Shown piece after piece: positions 50,913 to 64,000 of a DNA stretch of 64,000 bases (positions are counted from its first letter, which is position 1; every line of letters begins with the position of its first letter). The translations under genes were made by a program, and so were the position numbers. The notes below the pieces were generated by a model. The model was not told the origin of the DNA, searched no databases, and saw nothing but the letters and a program-made list of their open reading frames with translations. The stretch covers positions 25,054,725-25,118,724 of the forward strand of contig CM119265.1 of the NCBI GenBank assembly GCA_051294375.1. Direction: 5' to 3'. This DNA is from Paraspadella gotoi (Eukaryota > Animalia > Chaetognatha).

Positions 50913-52475
50913 GAGCCAGAAGAAGAGAGAGAGAATGAAAGAGTACTAAAGCAGGAGAGACACAAGATAACTAGACGACAGAGAGAAAATTATTTAAAAA
51001 AAGAGGGAAACGCGAGCGAGAGAGAGGTGAAGAAGCAAGCATTAAACATAATTCAAAGCAAGCATTAAGACGATTATCGAGATCTCGAACCTCGATGCCG
51101 GGAGAAACATGTCTTGATTGTTTTATTCGATTCGCGTCAGCCCGCAAAAAATCTGAATTGTTTATCAAAAGTACATATTTAAAATTTCCTTTTCCTCCAA
51201 GTACAGCCCTCAAATTTTCTGTATGTGTACTCAACCAAAATGGTTCTTTATAAATAAACTGTAACACAGGTCCCCAAGTTTAAGAGCAGAAAAATCGTGA
51301 CGAAAGACCAGGCGCCGTATCGCTCATGAAACACCGTCGACGCCGGAATCAAACGACGACGACGGAAAAAAAAAAATTTTTCTCTTCCAATTCAAAAGGA
51401 GAAAAAAGTGGAAACGGAATGTTCGGCGGAGGAAATGAGTATAATTAGGATGAAATTACGGAAATGTTATTTCAGTTGGAATAATTGCAATGAGAGAGAA
51501 AGGCGTCGGAAAACAATTCAGATTCAGAAGTTGTACGAAAATATTCGACATTACGAACGAAATTCCTCCAGATTTATAATTTTCGTAAAAATAATGGAAC
51601 ATATAAATAAAGAAAGTGATTCCACTGAAAAAAAGAAAAGAAATCGTTTACTCTATATGATCTTAAGAAATTCTCTCTCTCTCCGTCCTCTCATCTCTCT
51701 CTCTCTCTCCTTTCTCTCTCGTCCTTCTCTCTCTCTCTCGTCTCTCGCTCTCCTCTGAGCACGGAGGTCGCAGCAAATCAACTCGAGAAACAAAAGAAAC
51801 ATTTCGATTTCGTCGTAGTTCTTTTCAAATTCCTCCACTTAGTTCTGCCCTCCGCACTCCGCTTTCATCCTCTCCAAACTCCCTCTCATCCTGCGACCAT
51901 TCTCCTCAACCATCTCCATCTCATTCGTTCTCTCTTCCTTCTCTCCTCATCCCTCCTCCTTCCATTCCCTCTCCCTCATCGACCTACCCTCATAGCGCCT
52001 TCTTCAAACCTCGTTCGGATTTCAACTGTCCGCTCCTCAACGTTAAATAACATGAAATTCGTCGAAGCCGCAATCGGGGCGCGGAGAAATTGGTAACACA
52101 CCGGGAGCGTACGGAGAGATAGCGAAGGAAACTAGAAATCACCGTACAGCAGAAAAGATTACGGTACAAGAGACAAGAGTAACAGAAAAGAAAGGTCGTA
52201 ATACCCCGAGGGGCAATATTAAATAAGCGAGAAATGGAATAATTATTGTCGCTGAGGTAAATTTTTTTTGAGGGGGGAGTTGTAAATTAAACCAGTGAAT
52301 GTGGGATTAATCGAGAAGGGGAGGTAACGTGACAAATTTCGCCTGGTCGTTCAATCAGTGATGGTTTCTAAAGTTATCAAAAAACTCGTGTTTCTGATAA
52401 TCTGAAGGAATCTTATATAAAATGGACCGTCAGTGGCCGTCGATCGTCGTCGTACGCCTCCGGGTCGTCGTCAGT

Positions 52476-52522
<47 letters not shown>

Positions 52523-54540
52523 TGGTCCGGTCGTGCGAGTTCGTTATTACCGCGGGGTGAGTAGCTAGAATCTTCTAATCGAACGCGAGGAGAGAGAGAG
52601 GAAAATGGAAAAGAATCGTAAAGTGGTTGAGTCAGCTGCGAGATTTATAATTCTCCTCATCTAATTTTTCTTTTCCAATTTTTTTCCTTTTTTTCCTTTA
52701 ACCCATTTTCCTCTTCTCTTCCACTATCATCTCATTTTTTTCCGTTTTTTTTACTTTATTCTTTTTGTATATTATATTTTTTTAAATATTCTCCTAATTG
52801 TCATTTTTCTTTGAGTACTGAATTTTTCATTTGTTTAAAATATATCTTTTTATCTTTATCTCTTTTTTCTCTTTTCTTCTCCTCTTTCTTTCGTCTTCTC
52901 ATCTATTTCCGCTTTTTATAGATGAACGCATATGTTTAGTTATGTGATAAGCTCAAGTGAATCAGATGTCACGAAGGATGTATTTGTATTTCTTCATCTT
53001 TGTCTTTACGAAGCAGTACCATGAGAAGCAGTGTCAAAGTATGCGGCGAAAGGAAAGCACAGAGGAGGAAAAGATAAGGCCAAGAATGGAATAATGTAAT
53101 AAAATCGCGCGCCGAAAAAAAAACAACGTGATATTACTGTTTATTTAATAATATATACATTTAATATATTTCGTTAATATTTTTTTATTTAGTTTTAAAT
53201 ATATTGGTATATATTAAACATTACCAAAAGTTAAAACATGAAACACCGTAGAGGCTAAAAGTCCGGGGCATCAGATAAGTTAATGATGTTGTGTTGTTGA
53301 TTACTAAGTTTGGCTGAATATACTGATTCGTAAAGCCAAAACTCAGTAAAAGTCCGATCGGGAATGGGTTCTTCTGGGCTTGGAAGCAGGTGCCTGTGAG
53401 AGCAGGCTTGAGACACCGATGCCTCCCACGCCCCTCAATCTATCAACGCTTTCCCGCAGGTGTATGATTAGATTGAATCCCGGTACCTATTGAGTCATAG
53501 TTATCTGAGCTGTGGATTACCAAATGAGCCCGGGGTCACGGTTGGAAGGTGTCATGCTTAATGATTCGGCGGGGTAAGAACTTTAAAGCAATGCCACAGG
53601 AACTACAATGATGGTCGTCCATCTTCAGAGTCCCAAGTGAGGCGGAATGAATCCGGATCCAGGTCATAGATGAAGATGGCCCGCGTAATGGGAGCCAACC
53701 GATGCCGAATTTGGGCGCAAAATCTGGTGCAGAAAGCGGAGAATAGCAGTAACCTGAACCTTCTAATCTAAAATTTATCCTCCACGCTTTTCTGCTGCCC
53801 GGGGACATGGATACAAAGTACTCTCAATCGAGCCACCGGATTAATAAGAAAAAGGAGACATGCTTATATCGTTGGGGTGACATGTTGCGAATGCCCGCAG
53901 GACAAGACTTTGGATCGCTCATCGCCCGAAAGACGAAAATTATATTCTTTTTTAGAAAATCGGAAATTTCGTCCCGATCCGATCTCCTTATGATTTTCGA
54001 CATGGAAAATCGGTTATGCTGAAGCGGAAAAGGGAAACCGGCGACCCCTAGAATTTACTTGGAATTCTCTCCTCTCTCTCTCCTCTCTCGACTCTCTCAT
54101 CTCTCTCCTCTCTCTCCTCTCTCTCCTCTGCTCTCATCTCCATCTCATCTCATTCTCTCTCTCTCTTCCTTTCTCTCTGCTCAGCTCGCACGTCACCGAG
54201 AATTTAACACAATGGGGGATTTGTTCTCCCCGCCCCTCCTCATGAATGCGTGTTAATTAATCACAACATTTCTCGTTGTCGATCGAATGTGTTCTCCCTT
54301 TCGCAATCCTTTTTCCAACAAAGAGGAGGTCTCTTTCCTCTCTCTTCTCTCTCTCTCTCTCGACCCTTTTGCAGGCTTTCTCGGCGTGTTCTTTTCATCT
54401 CAGTCGCGTCGCATCATCAGGGCGATCGTCAGAGATCGATATCGAGTTTTGAGAGAAAGGATCCATCCGAGTTTTGGTGGAAACCGCTTTACGTAGTGGT
54501 GCTCTTTCACTGAGGATGGAGAGAGTAGTGAGAATAGAGA
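50430..54540. other. Noisy, insertion-rich duplicate of ~55100-57280
   Basis: Colinear anchors: 50436/55106, 50797/55262, 52480/55770, 53065/56112, 53810-54060/56738-56980, 54430/57185. Confidence 0.75.
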
Positions 54541-55328
54541 GTGGAGAGAACAGAGATGAGATAATAGAAGAGAGAGGCAGGAGACTGGACAGCTTTCTAT
54601 AGACGACGTCACGGTAGTCGTTTATATTCTTCCAGGAGTACTGGCTTTTTTTAATCAAATTAAGTCTTGTTCACCGGATGATGTCAAAGGTAAATAGAAG
54701 AAAGACCAGTTAGGTACTGAGTTTATTTCTTTTCAGTTTGAGAGGAGAAAGGATGAGATAGAGAGAGGAAAACAGAACTAGAAGAAGAGAAAGACGTCGG
54801 TGGTCGAGATAATTTCCGGAGAGCAGGAGTGAATTTACCAAGATAAGGGAGTTGAGAATAGAAATGGAGAAAGGGGGGGAAGACGAGTATGCAGAAAAAG
54901 GAGACATTATGGAAAGGAACTGGATGAAAGAAAACGCAAGAGAGAAAGGCTAGAGAGATAAAAAAGTGATAGAGAGAAGAAGTAGAGATGAAGAGGTGAG
55001 AGAGAGAGAGAGAGAAGAGAGAGGACAGAAGATGTAGCGGAAGAGAGATGAGAGACTTCCGGNNNNNNNNNNNNNNNNNNNNNNNNNAGAGATAATACGG
55101 AGGGAGGGAAATATAAATCTTTGTCGTTGGTGAAAACGAGTCTTCGTCGGTTTACTCTACCACCCCCACCTCCCACCACCATCGCCGCCTTTTTTCGCTT
55201 TTCCTAGAAATGCTGTTCGAGCACAGGAGGAGGAGGAGGAGGAGGGGACGAAGCAATTCAGCCTTTTATTGCATTGTCTTCTTCTACTTTTTCGAGAGGA
55301 GAAGGAGAGGGAGAAGGAAAGAGAGAGA

Positions 55329-55451
<123 letters not shown>

Positions 55452-55612
55452 AAAGAGATATAAAAAGGAGAGACACAGATACTAGAGACAGAGAGAAAAT
55501 ATTTTTAAAAGAGGAAAACGGCGAGCGAGAGAGAGAGTGAGATGCTATCGAAATACGTCTCGCGCGGGAGAACATTTTTCGGCGTCAGCGCCTCAACCCA
55601 AGTTAAAAATAA

Positions 55613-55647
<35 letters not shown>

Positions 55648-55765
55648 NNNNNNNNNNNNNTTTTTTTTGGGGGGGGTTGTATTCCTTGGATTAAAGGGAA
55701 AGAATATCCTGGTGCAATCTGTGTTTTTACGGTTTCTACTATTGACTATTATAACGTCAATGGTC

Positions 55766-55805
<40 letters not shown>

Positions 55806-56974
55806 TCGTTATCAGAGAATCTCTATGAACGCGAGCGAAAGAGAGAGGAAGAAAACGTAAAAGGGTTGAGCGTATATCTCTTCTCTTTCTTTTTTTTCCC
55901 CTTTTTTCTCTTCTCTTTTTCGTTTTTTACTTTTCTTTTTATCTTATTTCATTTTCTTTGGTACTTTTCTTTTTTTTTCTCTTTCTCTTTTCTTCCTCTC
56001 GTTTCTCATCTATTTCCTTTTTTTACTTTTCTTTTTATCTCATATCATTCTCTTTTTTTTTCTTCTTCTTTTCTTTCGACATCCATCAGTTTCATTCGGC
56101 TGAAGAAGCAAAGAGGAAAAGATAAGCCAAATGGAATTGTATAAAATGCGCCCGAAAAAAANNNNNNNNNNNNNNNNNNNNNNNNNNNNNNNNNNNNNNN
56201 NNNNNNNNNNNNNNNNNNNNNNNNNNNNNNNNNNNNNNNNNNNNNNNNNNNNNNNNNNNNNNNNNNNNNNNNNNNNNNNNNNNNNNNNNNNNNNNNNNNN
56301 NNNNNNNNNNNNNNNNNNNNNNNNNNNNNNNNNNNNNNNNNNNNNNNNNNNNNNNNNNNNNNNNNNNNNNNNNNNNNNNNNNNNNNNNNNNNNNNNNNNN
56401 NNNNNNNNNNNNNNNNNNNNNNNNNNNNNNNNNNNNNNNNNNNNNNNNNNNNNNNNNNNNNNNNNNNNNNNNNNNNNNNNNNNNNNNNNNNNNNNNNNNN
56501 NNNNNNNNNNNNNNNNNNNNNNNNNNNNNNNNNNNNNNNNNNNNNNNNNNNNNNNNNNNNNNNNGCGGGGTGAACTTTAGCAATGCCCGACTACACGTCA
56601 TCCAGGTCCCGTGGCGGAATGAATCGGTCAAGGTCATAGATGGCGCGTAATGGGGCAACCCGAATTGGCGCAAATTGGTGCAAATGCGGATAGCGTAACC
56701 TGACCTTTCTATCATTTCCTCACGCTTTCTGCCGGACATGGTACCAAGTACTCAATGAGCCACCGGATTAAGAAGGAGACATGCTTATAGTTGGGGTGAA
56801 CATGTTGCGATGCCCGAGGACAAGACTTTGGATCGACCTCATCGCCCGAAGACGAAAAAATTATATTTTTTTAGAAAATCGGAATTCGTCCGATCCGATC
56901 TCCTTATATTTTCGACATGGAAAATCGTTATGCTGAGCGGAAAAGGGAAACCGCGACCCTAGAATTTAACTTGG

Positions 56975-57007
<33 letters not shown>

Positions 57008-57339
57008 NNNNNNNNNNNNNNNNNNNNNNNNNNNNNNNNNNNNNNNNNNNNNNNNNNNNNNNNNNNNNNNNNNNNNNNNNNNNNNNNNNNNNNNNNNNNN
57101 NNNNNNNNNNNNNNNNNNNNNNNNNNNNNNNNNNNNNNNNNNNNNNNNNNNNNNNNNNNNTCTCGCTCGCTCGCTCTCGCGCTCGTCAGAATGGATATGA
57201 GTTTTGAGAGAAGGTCACCGGTTTTGGGAAACCGTACGTGCGCTTCTGAGCGATGGAAGGAGTGAGATAGAGAGGGAGAAAGAGTGAGATAGAGAGGGAA
57301 AAAAGGAAGAGAGAGATAAAGATAAAACTTGGTGACGGA

Positions 57340-58265
57340 AGTGTTGCCCACTAAAAGTGTCGGCAAATATAAATTGTGGTGGGTGTTGGGCCACTAAAAG
57401 TGTCGGCAAAGATAAATTGTGGCAGAGAGCGTTGGCCACTAAAAGTGTCGGCAAAGATAAATTGTGGTGGGAGGGTTTGCCACTAAGAAGTGTCGGCAAA
57501 GATAAATGTGGTGGGAGTGTGTTGGCCACTAAAAGTGTCGGCAAAGATAAATTGTGGCAGGAGTGTTGCCCACTAAAAGTATCGAAAAGATTAATTGTAG
57601 CGGGAGTGTTGGCAACTAAAAGTGTCGGCAAAGATAAATTGTGGTGGGAGTGTTGGCCACATAAAAGATCGGAAAAGATTAATTGTAGCGGGAGTGTTGG
57701 CACTAAAAGTGTCGGCAAAGATAAATTGTGGCGGGAGTGTTGCCCACTAAAAGTATCGAAAAGATTAATTGTAGCGGGAGTGTTGGCAACTAAAAGTGTC
57801 GGCAAAGATTAAATTGTAGGCGGGAGTGTTGGCAACTAAAAGTGTCGGCAAAGATAAATTGTGGTGGGAGTGTTGGCCACAAAAAGTATCGGAAAAGATT
57901 AATTGTAGCGGGAGTGGTTGGCCACTAAAAGTGTCGGCAAAGATAAATTGTGGCGAGAGGGTTTGGCCCACTAAAAGTGTGGCAAAGATAAATTGTGGCG
58001 GGAGGGTTGCCACTAAAGTGTCGGCAAAGATAAATTGTGGTGGGAGGGTTGCCCACTAAAAGTGTCGGCAAAGATAAATTGTGGTGGGAGGGTTGCCACT
58101 AAAAGTGTCGGCAAAGAGAAATTGTGGTGGGAGGGTTGCGCAACTAAGAGTGTCGGCAAAGATAAAATTGTGGCGGGAGTGTTGGCCTAAAAGTGTCAGG
58201 CATANNNNNNNNNNNNNNNNNNNNNNNNNCACTAAAAGTGTCGGCAAATATAAAATGTCGGCAAA
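57340..58265. repeat. ~44-bp minisatellite, about 20 copies, two unit variants
   Basis: Unit ccactaaaagtgtcggcaaagataaattgtggcgggagtgttgg, head-to-tail with no unique spacers. Confidence 0.92.
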
Positions 58266-59171
58266 GAAGAATAGAGCAAGAAATCTCTTTTCGTTTTAAA
58301 CGATTTATATTCGGGATTACTTTTCGCGAGAAGGTTTAGCTTGAAATATATCATTGTTTGTACCACAAGATTCTTAAAATAAATTAATTAATGGTTATTG
58401 AAAATTTAGCCGTAGACTTAAAAAGCTAAATTTAATTTTGAAGAAAAGAATGTCTATGCTTGGGTGCATGTAAGGAATAAATGAATTTTTGAAGACCAAA
58501 ATTTCGCCATCAAAATCTTTTTTTCTCCCGCTTTCCGGGCTTTCGCTAAAACTTTTACTCAAAGATCTTTTTTTCTCTCGAGTGAATTTTACGCCGTTGA
58601 TAAATTTGAGATGCGCTTTAACTCGACGGCGAAAAAGGAGGAAGATAGCGGGAGACAATGAAAGAATGAAATAAAGAAAAAAGATAGAAAGAAAGAAAGA
58701 AAGAAAGAATGATAGAAAGAAAGAAAGAAAGAATTATGATAGAAAGAAGGAAAAACATAAACAAAGACAGATGGAAAAAGGAGAGAAAGAAAGTGGGAAA
58801 GATAGATAAAAAGAAAAAAAGAGAAAGATAGAAAGAAAGAATGAAAGAAAGAAGAAAAATATAAAGAAAGAAAGATAGAAAAAAAGGAAAGAAAGAGAGG
58901 AAGATATAAATATAACACGAAAAAATGAGGAAACTTACAAACGAGCACGAGTGAAACAAGAAAACAAATGAGACAAAGAAATAAAAGAAAGAAAGAAAAT
59001 AACAGAGGAAAGAAAAAGAAAATAGGAAAAGACAAAGAGAAAAAAAGAAAAAAAGGAAAAGACAATAAGAAAAAAAAGGGAGAAAGATTGAACGGAGGCG
59101 AAAAGGAAATGATAATAAGAGAAAACCCGAAAAGGGAGGAAGAGAGAGGAGAAAGATTAGATGATTAAAAA

Positions 59172-59269
<98 letters not shown>

Positions 59270-60121
59270 CAGAGAGGTAATTGAAACCCGAAAAGCACGT
59301 TAAAATACAATAGGTTCGTAAAAAAGATACGATTAAAGCAAAATAACAACCATGAAAATTACGTTCGAGGAAAAACAGAGGAAAGCGGAGAGAAGAAAAA
59401 GTCATCAAAAGAATAAAAATAGAAAAATAAAAAGTGAAAAAAAATTATAAAAGAGATAAAGCAAAAACAAAAGATAAGAAATTTAAAAGATATGAATTAG
59501 AGAAGAAATAAGTTTATATAATATGTAAAATAAATAACATCGTAGAAAAAAGAGAGAAAAATAGGAAATAAAAAGATGCGTGGAAAAAAATGATGACAAC
59601 AATTTTCTCTCTCTCTCTCTCTCTCTCTCAATCATCTCTTATCCTCTCCTCTCTCTTCTCTCTCTCTCATCTCTCATCTTCTCATCTCCTCTCATCGTCT
59701 GCTCTCTTCAATTCTGCCTCTGTTTCTCTGTCGGTCTTGCTCGCTGCTCTCTCCGACTTTCCTCTCACTACTCTTGTCTTGTCTCCTCCCTCTCCTCTCA
59801 CCTCTCTTCTTCTCTACTCCTCTACACTCTTCTCACGCCTCAGAAAATCTTAACTACCTAACCCAACTCTCCTCGTCTCTCTCTTTCGTCGCCTTTTATC
59901 AAAACAACGAAAATTCTTTTATTTTGGTGCGATCAGCGAAAAAAAAAAATTTTCCGCCATCTTTTTTTTTCGTAATCAGTTTTTTTTTATTGTCTTTTTG
60001 TTTGTTCCTTTTCTTTTCAGTTTTTCTCTTTTGTTCGACGAGGTTCAATTTACCTCCAAAAAAAGATAAACCGAAAAATCCTTTGGTGCGACGTTTCGCC
60101 GTAGATGCCTTGACAGAGAGA

Positions 60122-60171
<50 letters not shown>

Positions 60172-60437
60172 TCATAGTTTTTGTAATACAGAGAAGAAAA
60201 GATTTTGGTCGAAAATTGTGGTTCTGTTACGGTAATGTAAAGATTTTGTTTAACCAAATTTCCGTGTAGTCATTAGAGTTTCGTTAAGTAAAATTTCACG
60301 AAGAAGGATTTGTAGTCACGTGACGTTTTGTTACTATTTTTAGAGAGATTTTGGTCGGGATATTTCCGTCATCAGGTTTGAAAACTTTCACAATATTCTT
60401 TCGTTTGACCCTGTGATGACGAAACATCCCGACGGCC

Positions 60438-60451
60438 GTTTCCATGGCAAC
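60438..60451. promoter_or_regulatory. RFX X-box-like motif
   Basis: GTTTCCATGGCAAC fits the X-box consensus. The palindromic E-box GTCACGTGAC is at 60315-60324. Confidence 0.4.
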
Positions 60452-61100
60452 TGGAACAGTATTATTTTCTCACGCGATTCTGTCTCACTGGTGAGACAGA
60501 ATCGCCTAAGTCGAAATCGATTGTCTTTTTGTTTTCTCGCCGGGTGGCGATAAAGTCGTAAGCTTTTTGTTTTTCTCTCCAGGGTGAAAACTTATGTACA
60601 CATACCGCATAACTTATGTTGGTTAATTTTTTAAAACAAATTTTAAAAGTACTTGTAGTGTAGTAAAAATATCGTCCTAAATAATTAACTAATTATATCT
60701 CTCTGTTCTCAGTCTTGCACTCGCTACTCTCAACTCTCTATTGTTTTCTCTTTACTCTACTCTTTACTCTCAACTCTTTATTTTTTACTCTCTGATCTAC
60801 TCTCTAATCTCTACTCTCCTTTCAGTAACCTAAAGACGTCTCCTTGAAGGACTAGCAATACTAAAAAAATGTAGGTTTGTTAATCGGACTAATTGTATTT
60901 GCTTAATTGTTTGTTTGGTTTAAAAATAAAGATTTCGATTCACCCCCCCCCAACAAAAAAATAAGGACTAAAGAAAATAAGTGATAATAAGTGATAACGA
61001 AGAAGAAAAAGGATAAACATTTTTTTTCGCTAATGCGGCTAATTGGGCTTATTAATGCCATTCATTCATTGCCCTTTCTCTCTCTCTCTCTCTCTCTCTC

Positions 61101-61173
<73 letters not shown>

Positions 61174-61366
61174 GACTCCTTCATCGCAGTCCTCGACTCG
61201 AATCCATATTCTTGTCTGTTCTCATTCTTTTCTCTTTTTTCTCTCACCTCTGGGCTTCTTTAAATAGATGGCACAGTTTCCAAAAGGAGAGGGAGAATGA
61301 AAAAAAGGAACGTCGAGGTTGGAGAAGGAAGAGGAAGAGAGAGAGAGAAAGAGAGAGAGAGCAGAG

Positions 61367-61416
<50 letters not shown>

Positions 61417-62622
61417 GAGAGAGAGAGACTCGGTGTGTAGAAGGGATGATCATAAAAAGATTCGAGAGAAAACTAAGGTAGGAGATTCAGTATGATCAGC
61501 TTTTTTTCACTGCTCTACGATTCTTTTCTTTTCTGTTTTCGCTTTTCCTTCTTGTCTGTCTTTGTTCTTTTTTCCCTCTCCTCCCCCTCTCGCTCTTGTC
61601 TTTTTGCTTACTTTCTGCTCTTTTCTCTTTTTTTATTTTCTTATTCTTTTTTCTCTGTTCCTTTTCTTTTCTTTTTCTTTTACTTTTGCTATCTCTTTCT
61701 TTCTCTCTTACTTTAACTTATTCTCTCTCTCTCGTCTCTTTTAATGTTTCCCCCCAAAAAACGAGTTATTTTATCGTCGCCCCAATTCCGCCCATATTCG
61801 CTTCCGCCTGGGCGGAGGGGGGGGGGGAGCGGGACCGCCGTGGAGAGAGGGTGAGATCTTTTGGGGTGTGGAAGAGGATCAAGGAAAGGGATAGGAGGAG
61901 AAGAAAGGAGGGGAAAATAGACTGCGTTTGATCCGCAACTTTGTTTTCAAATAATAACAAGTTTTGAGCAAACAAATGTCGGATCTGCCGTACGATAATT
62001 AATCTAATTAATTGATTAATTAATTAATTAATTAATAGATTAAATTAATTAATGTAATAGATTAATTAATTTAATTAATTAATAAGATTAATTAATATTT
62101 TATATTCAGCTTGTCATCATCGAGTGTCCTTAAAATTGAGTGCAGGACAGTTATTAAAGATTTTTGTTACAATTTTATATCAAAACAAACAAAATATGCC
62201 TTATTAATCGAGCCAAGGCGGGCAAAGCCGTCCTGTCTCGATTTTTTTCTGTTTAGCTTTTCGGTCTCGCTTTTTGCAAATCATGCGCTTCCTGAAAAGT
62301 GTGATATGCATAGGGAGTTGAAATTTTATATATGGCTTCTAAATCATCAGAAGAATCTTTAAAATTCTCATGTTTTCATATTCAATATTGGTATTTGTTT
62401 ATGTTGTTATTTAGCAAAACAGAAAAACGTTTTAATTATATGTGTCTCTTTCTCTCTCTCTCTCCTCTGTCTCTCTCTCTTTGTCTTCCTGCTCTCTCTC
62501 TCGTTCTACTCTCTCTCTCTTCTCTCTCCTCTCTTCTCCTTCGCTCTCTCTCTGTCTCTCCTGTCTCCCCTGTCTCTTCTCTGCTCTCTCTCATCTCTCT
62601 CTCTCTGTCTGTCTCCCTTTTG

Positions 62623-62653
<31 letters not shown>

Positions 62654-62944
62654 TTTTTTTCTCCGGTCTCATCTCTCTCTCTCTCTCATTCTCCTCTCTG
62701 CTCTCTCTCTCTCTCTCTCCTCCCTGCCTCTCTCTCCTCCCCGCGTCTCGTCTCCGCTCCCATCCCTCGTCTCGCCGCACTACGCCAACTCCTGTCTCTC
62801 TCCTCTCTCTCCCGTCCCTCTCCTCTCTTGCCCTCCTTCTCCTTGCTCCCGCTCTCTCTCGCTCCTCTCTGCCCTCCCTCTTTCTCAGATACTCTCCGTC
62901 CCTCATCTCGTCTTCAGTCNNNNNNNNNNNNNNNNNNNNNNNNN

Positions 62945-62979
<35 letters not shown>

Positions 62980-63286
62980 CGGTGTGTAGAAAGGGATGAT
63001 CATAAAAGATTCGAGAGAAAACTAAGGTAGGAGATTCAGTATGATCAGCTTTTTTTCACTCTCTNNNNNNNNNNNNNNNNNNNNNNNNNNNTAGAACTGC
63101 GTTGATCCGCAACTTTGTTCAATAATAAAAACAAAGAATTAAATAAGAAAATTGAGTACAATACCTAATGCAACAACAATAACAAGAACCTCAACAACAA
63201 CAACAACATCAAAAATAACAACAACAACTCCTTTTTCTCTAAACGGGAAAGGAAAAACCCAATGTCGGATTCGTGACCTTCGTCTG

Positions 63287-63407
<121 letters not shown>

Positions 63408-63624
63408 CGTCTGCCTCCTCGATCGCTCATTCCGAAATCGCCTTTCCCTATCTCTGGATTTTTTAATCCATAATGACATGAATCCAACATTTCCTAATCA
63501 ATTGTACCTCATTTCCTTCGTTTAATTATTCATTTAATTTTTAAATTTAATTAATTAATTAACCATCTCTTATCCCTTTGTTCATTTTCAAATCTTTCAC
63601 GATTGAATTTCTTCCCCGATAATT

Positions 63625-63760
63625 AATTGTTACCGCACAACTCGTAAGAAAATTATTAATTCAATAAGTAAGCTATCTTGTCCCTGACCTTGGAAAGACA
63701 AAAGTGGTTTGAAGTCTTTTTTTCTCTTACAAGGACCTTGCAAGTTTGCAATAAAGAATG
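63625..63760 (-). repeat. Dispersed repeat family A copy (inverted)
   Basis: aagctatcttgtccctgaccttgga closely matches the reverse complement of tccaaagtcaggggcaagatagctt. Confidence 0.6.
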
Positions 63761-63971
63761 AGAGAGACTCTTGTGCGTTTATTAACTTCCAGAGCATCTG
63801 GCTTTTTATGAAATGGAATCGCCCAACTCTTGCCTTTGATCTCTGATCCTCTCCCTTAGCTAAAAATAGACCTTGCTTTCCTTAGTTTCAGAAGCATTGA
63901 TCAAGACTCCCGCGTGTGTCTCACCATCACCTTTAAACTCAGAATAAAATGGAAGTTTTCCTTAAATGTGG

Positions 63972-64000
63972 TGGCAGTTGTGGGATTCGAACCCACGCCT
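63972..64000 (-). tRNA. trnL: 3' part of tRNA-Leu, truncated by the window edge
   Basis: Reverse complement AGGCGTGGGTTCGAATCCCACAACTGCCA gives the end of the variable arm, the T-arm and the acceptor strand typical of eukaryotic tRNA-Leu. The anticodon lies outside the window. Confidence 0.75.

Noticed and set aside
57340-58265. CRISPR-like array or repeat-protein ORFs
   Set aside because: The units are head-to-tail with no unique spacers, there are no cas genes, and the context is eukaryotic.

Overview
Draft-quality eukaryotic (most likely invertebrate animal) genomic DNA. It is rich in microsatellites and N-gaps and includes noisy, apparently long-read-filled stretches. On the + strand, a 7-exon unit (6703-~10908) encodes a protein kinase followed by a KEN (IRE1/RNase L-type) ribonuclease domain with no visible N-terminal sensor. 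Its intron 2 holds a tandem array of five antisense tRNA-Pro genes. Directly downstream, an 8-exon unit (12681-17122) encodes a Pro-rich linker and three consecutive SH3-SH2 modules. A phase-0 donor at 10908/10909 and a phase-0 acceptor at 12680/12681 would join the two units into one ~1,150-aa kinase-RNase-(SH3-SH2)x3 protein, which is the most interesting hypothesis in the window. A six-finger C2H2 gene lies antisense between them. A minus-strand neprilysin/ECE-like (M13) gene has 5' exons at about 49.0, 44.2 and 18.0 kb. Its ~26-kb intron hosts a 2-exon XK-related membrane-protein gene, and the next intron probably hosts the kinase/tRNA/ZF/SH cluster. The remainder is mini- and microsatellites, non-autonomous mobile element fragments, a partial tRNA-Leu at the right edge, and probable assembly artefacts. 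All domain calls come from motif recognition by eye; no searches were run.
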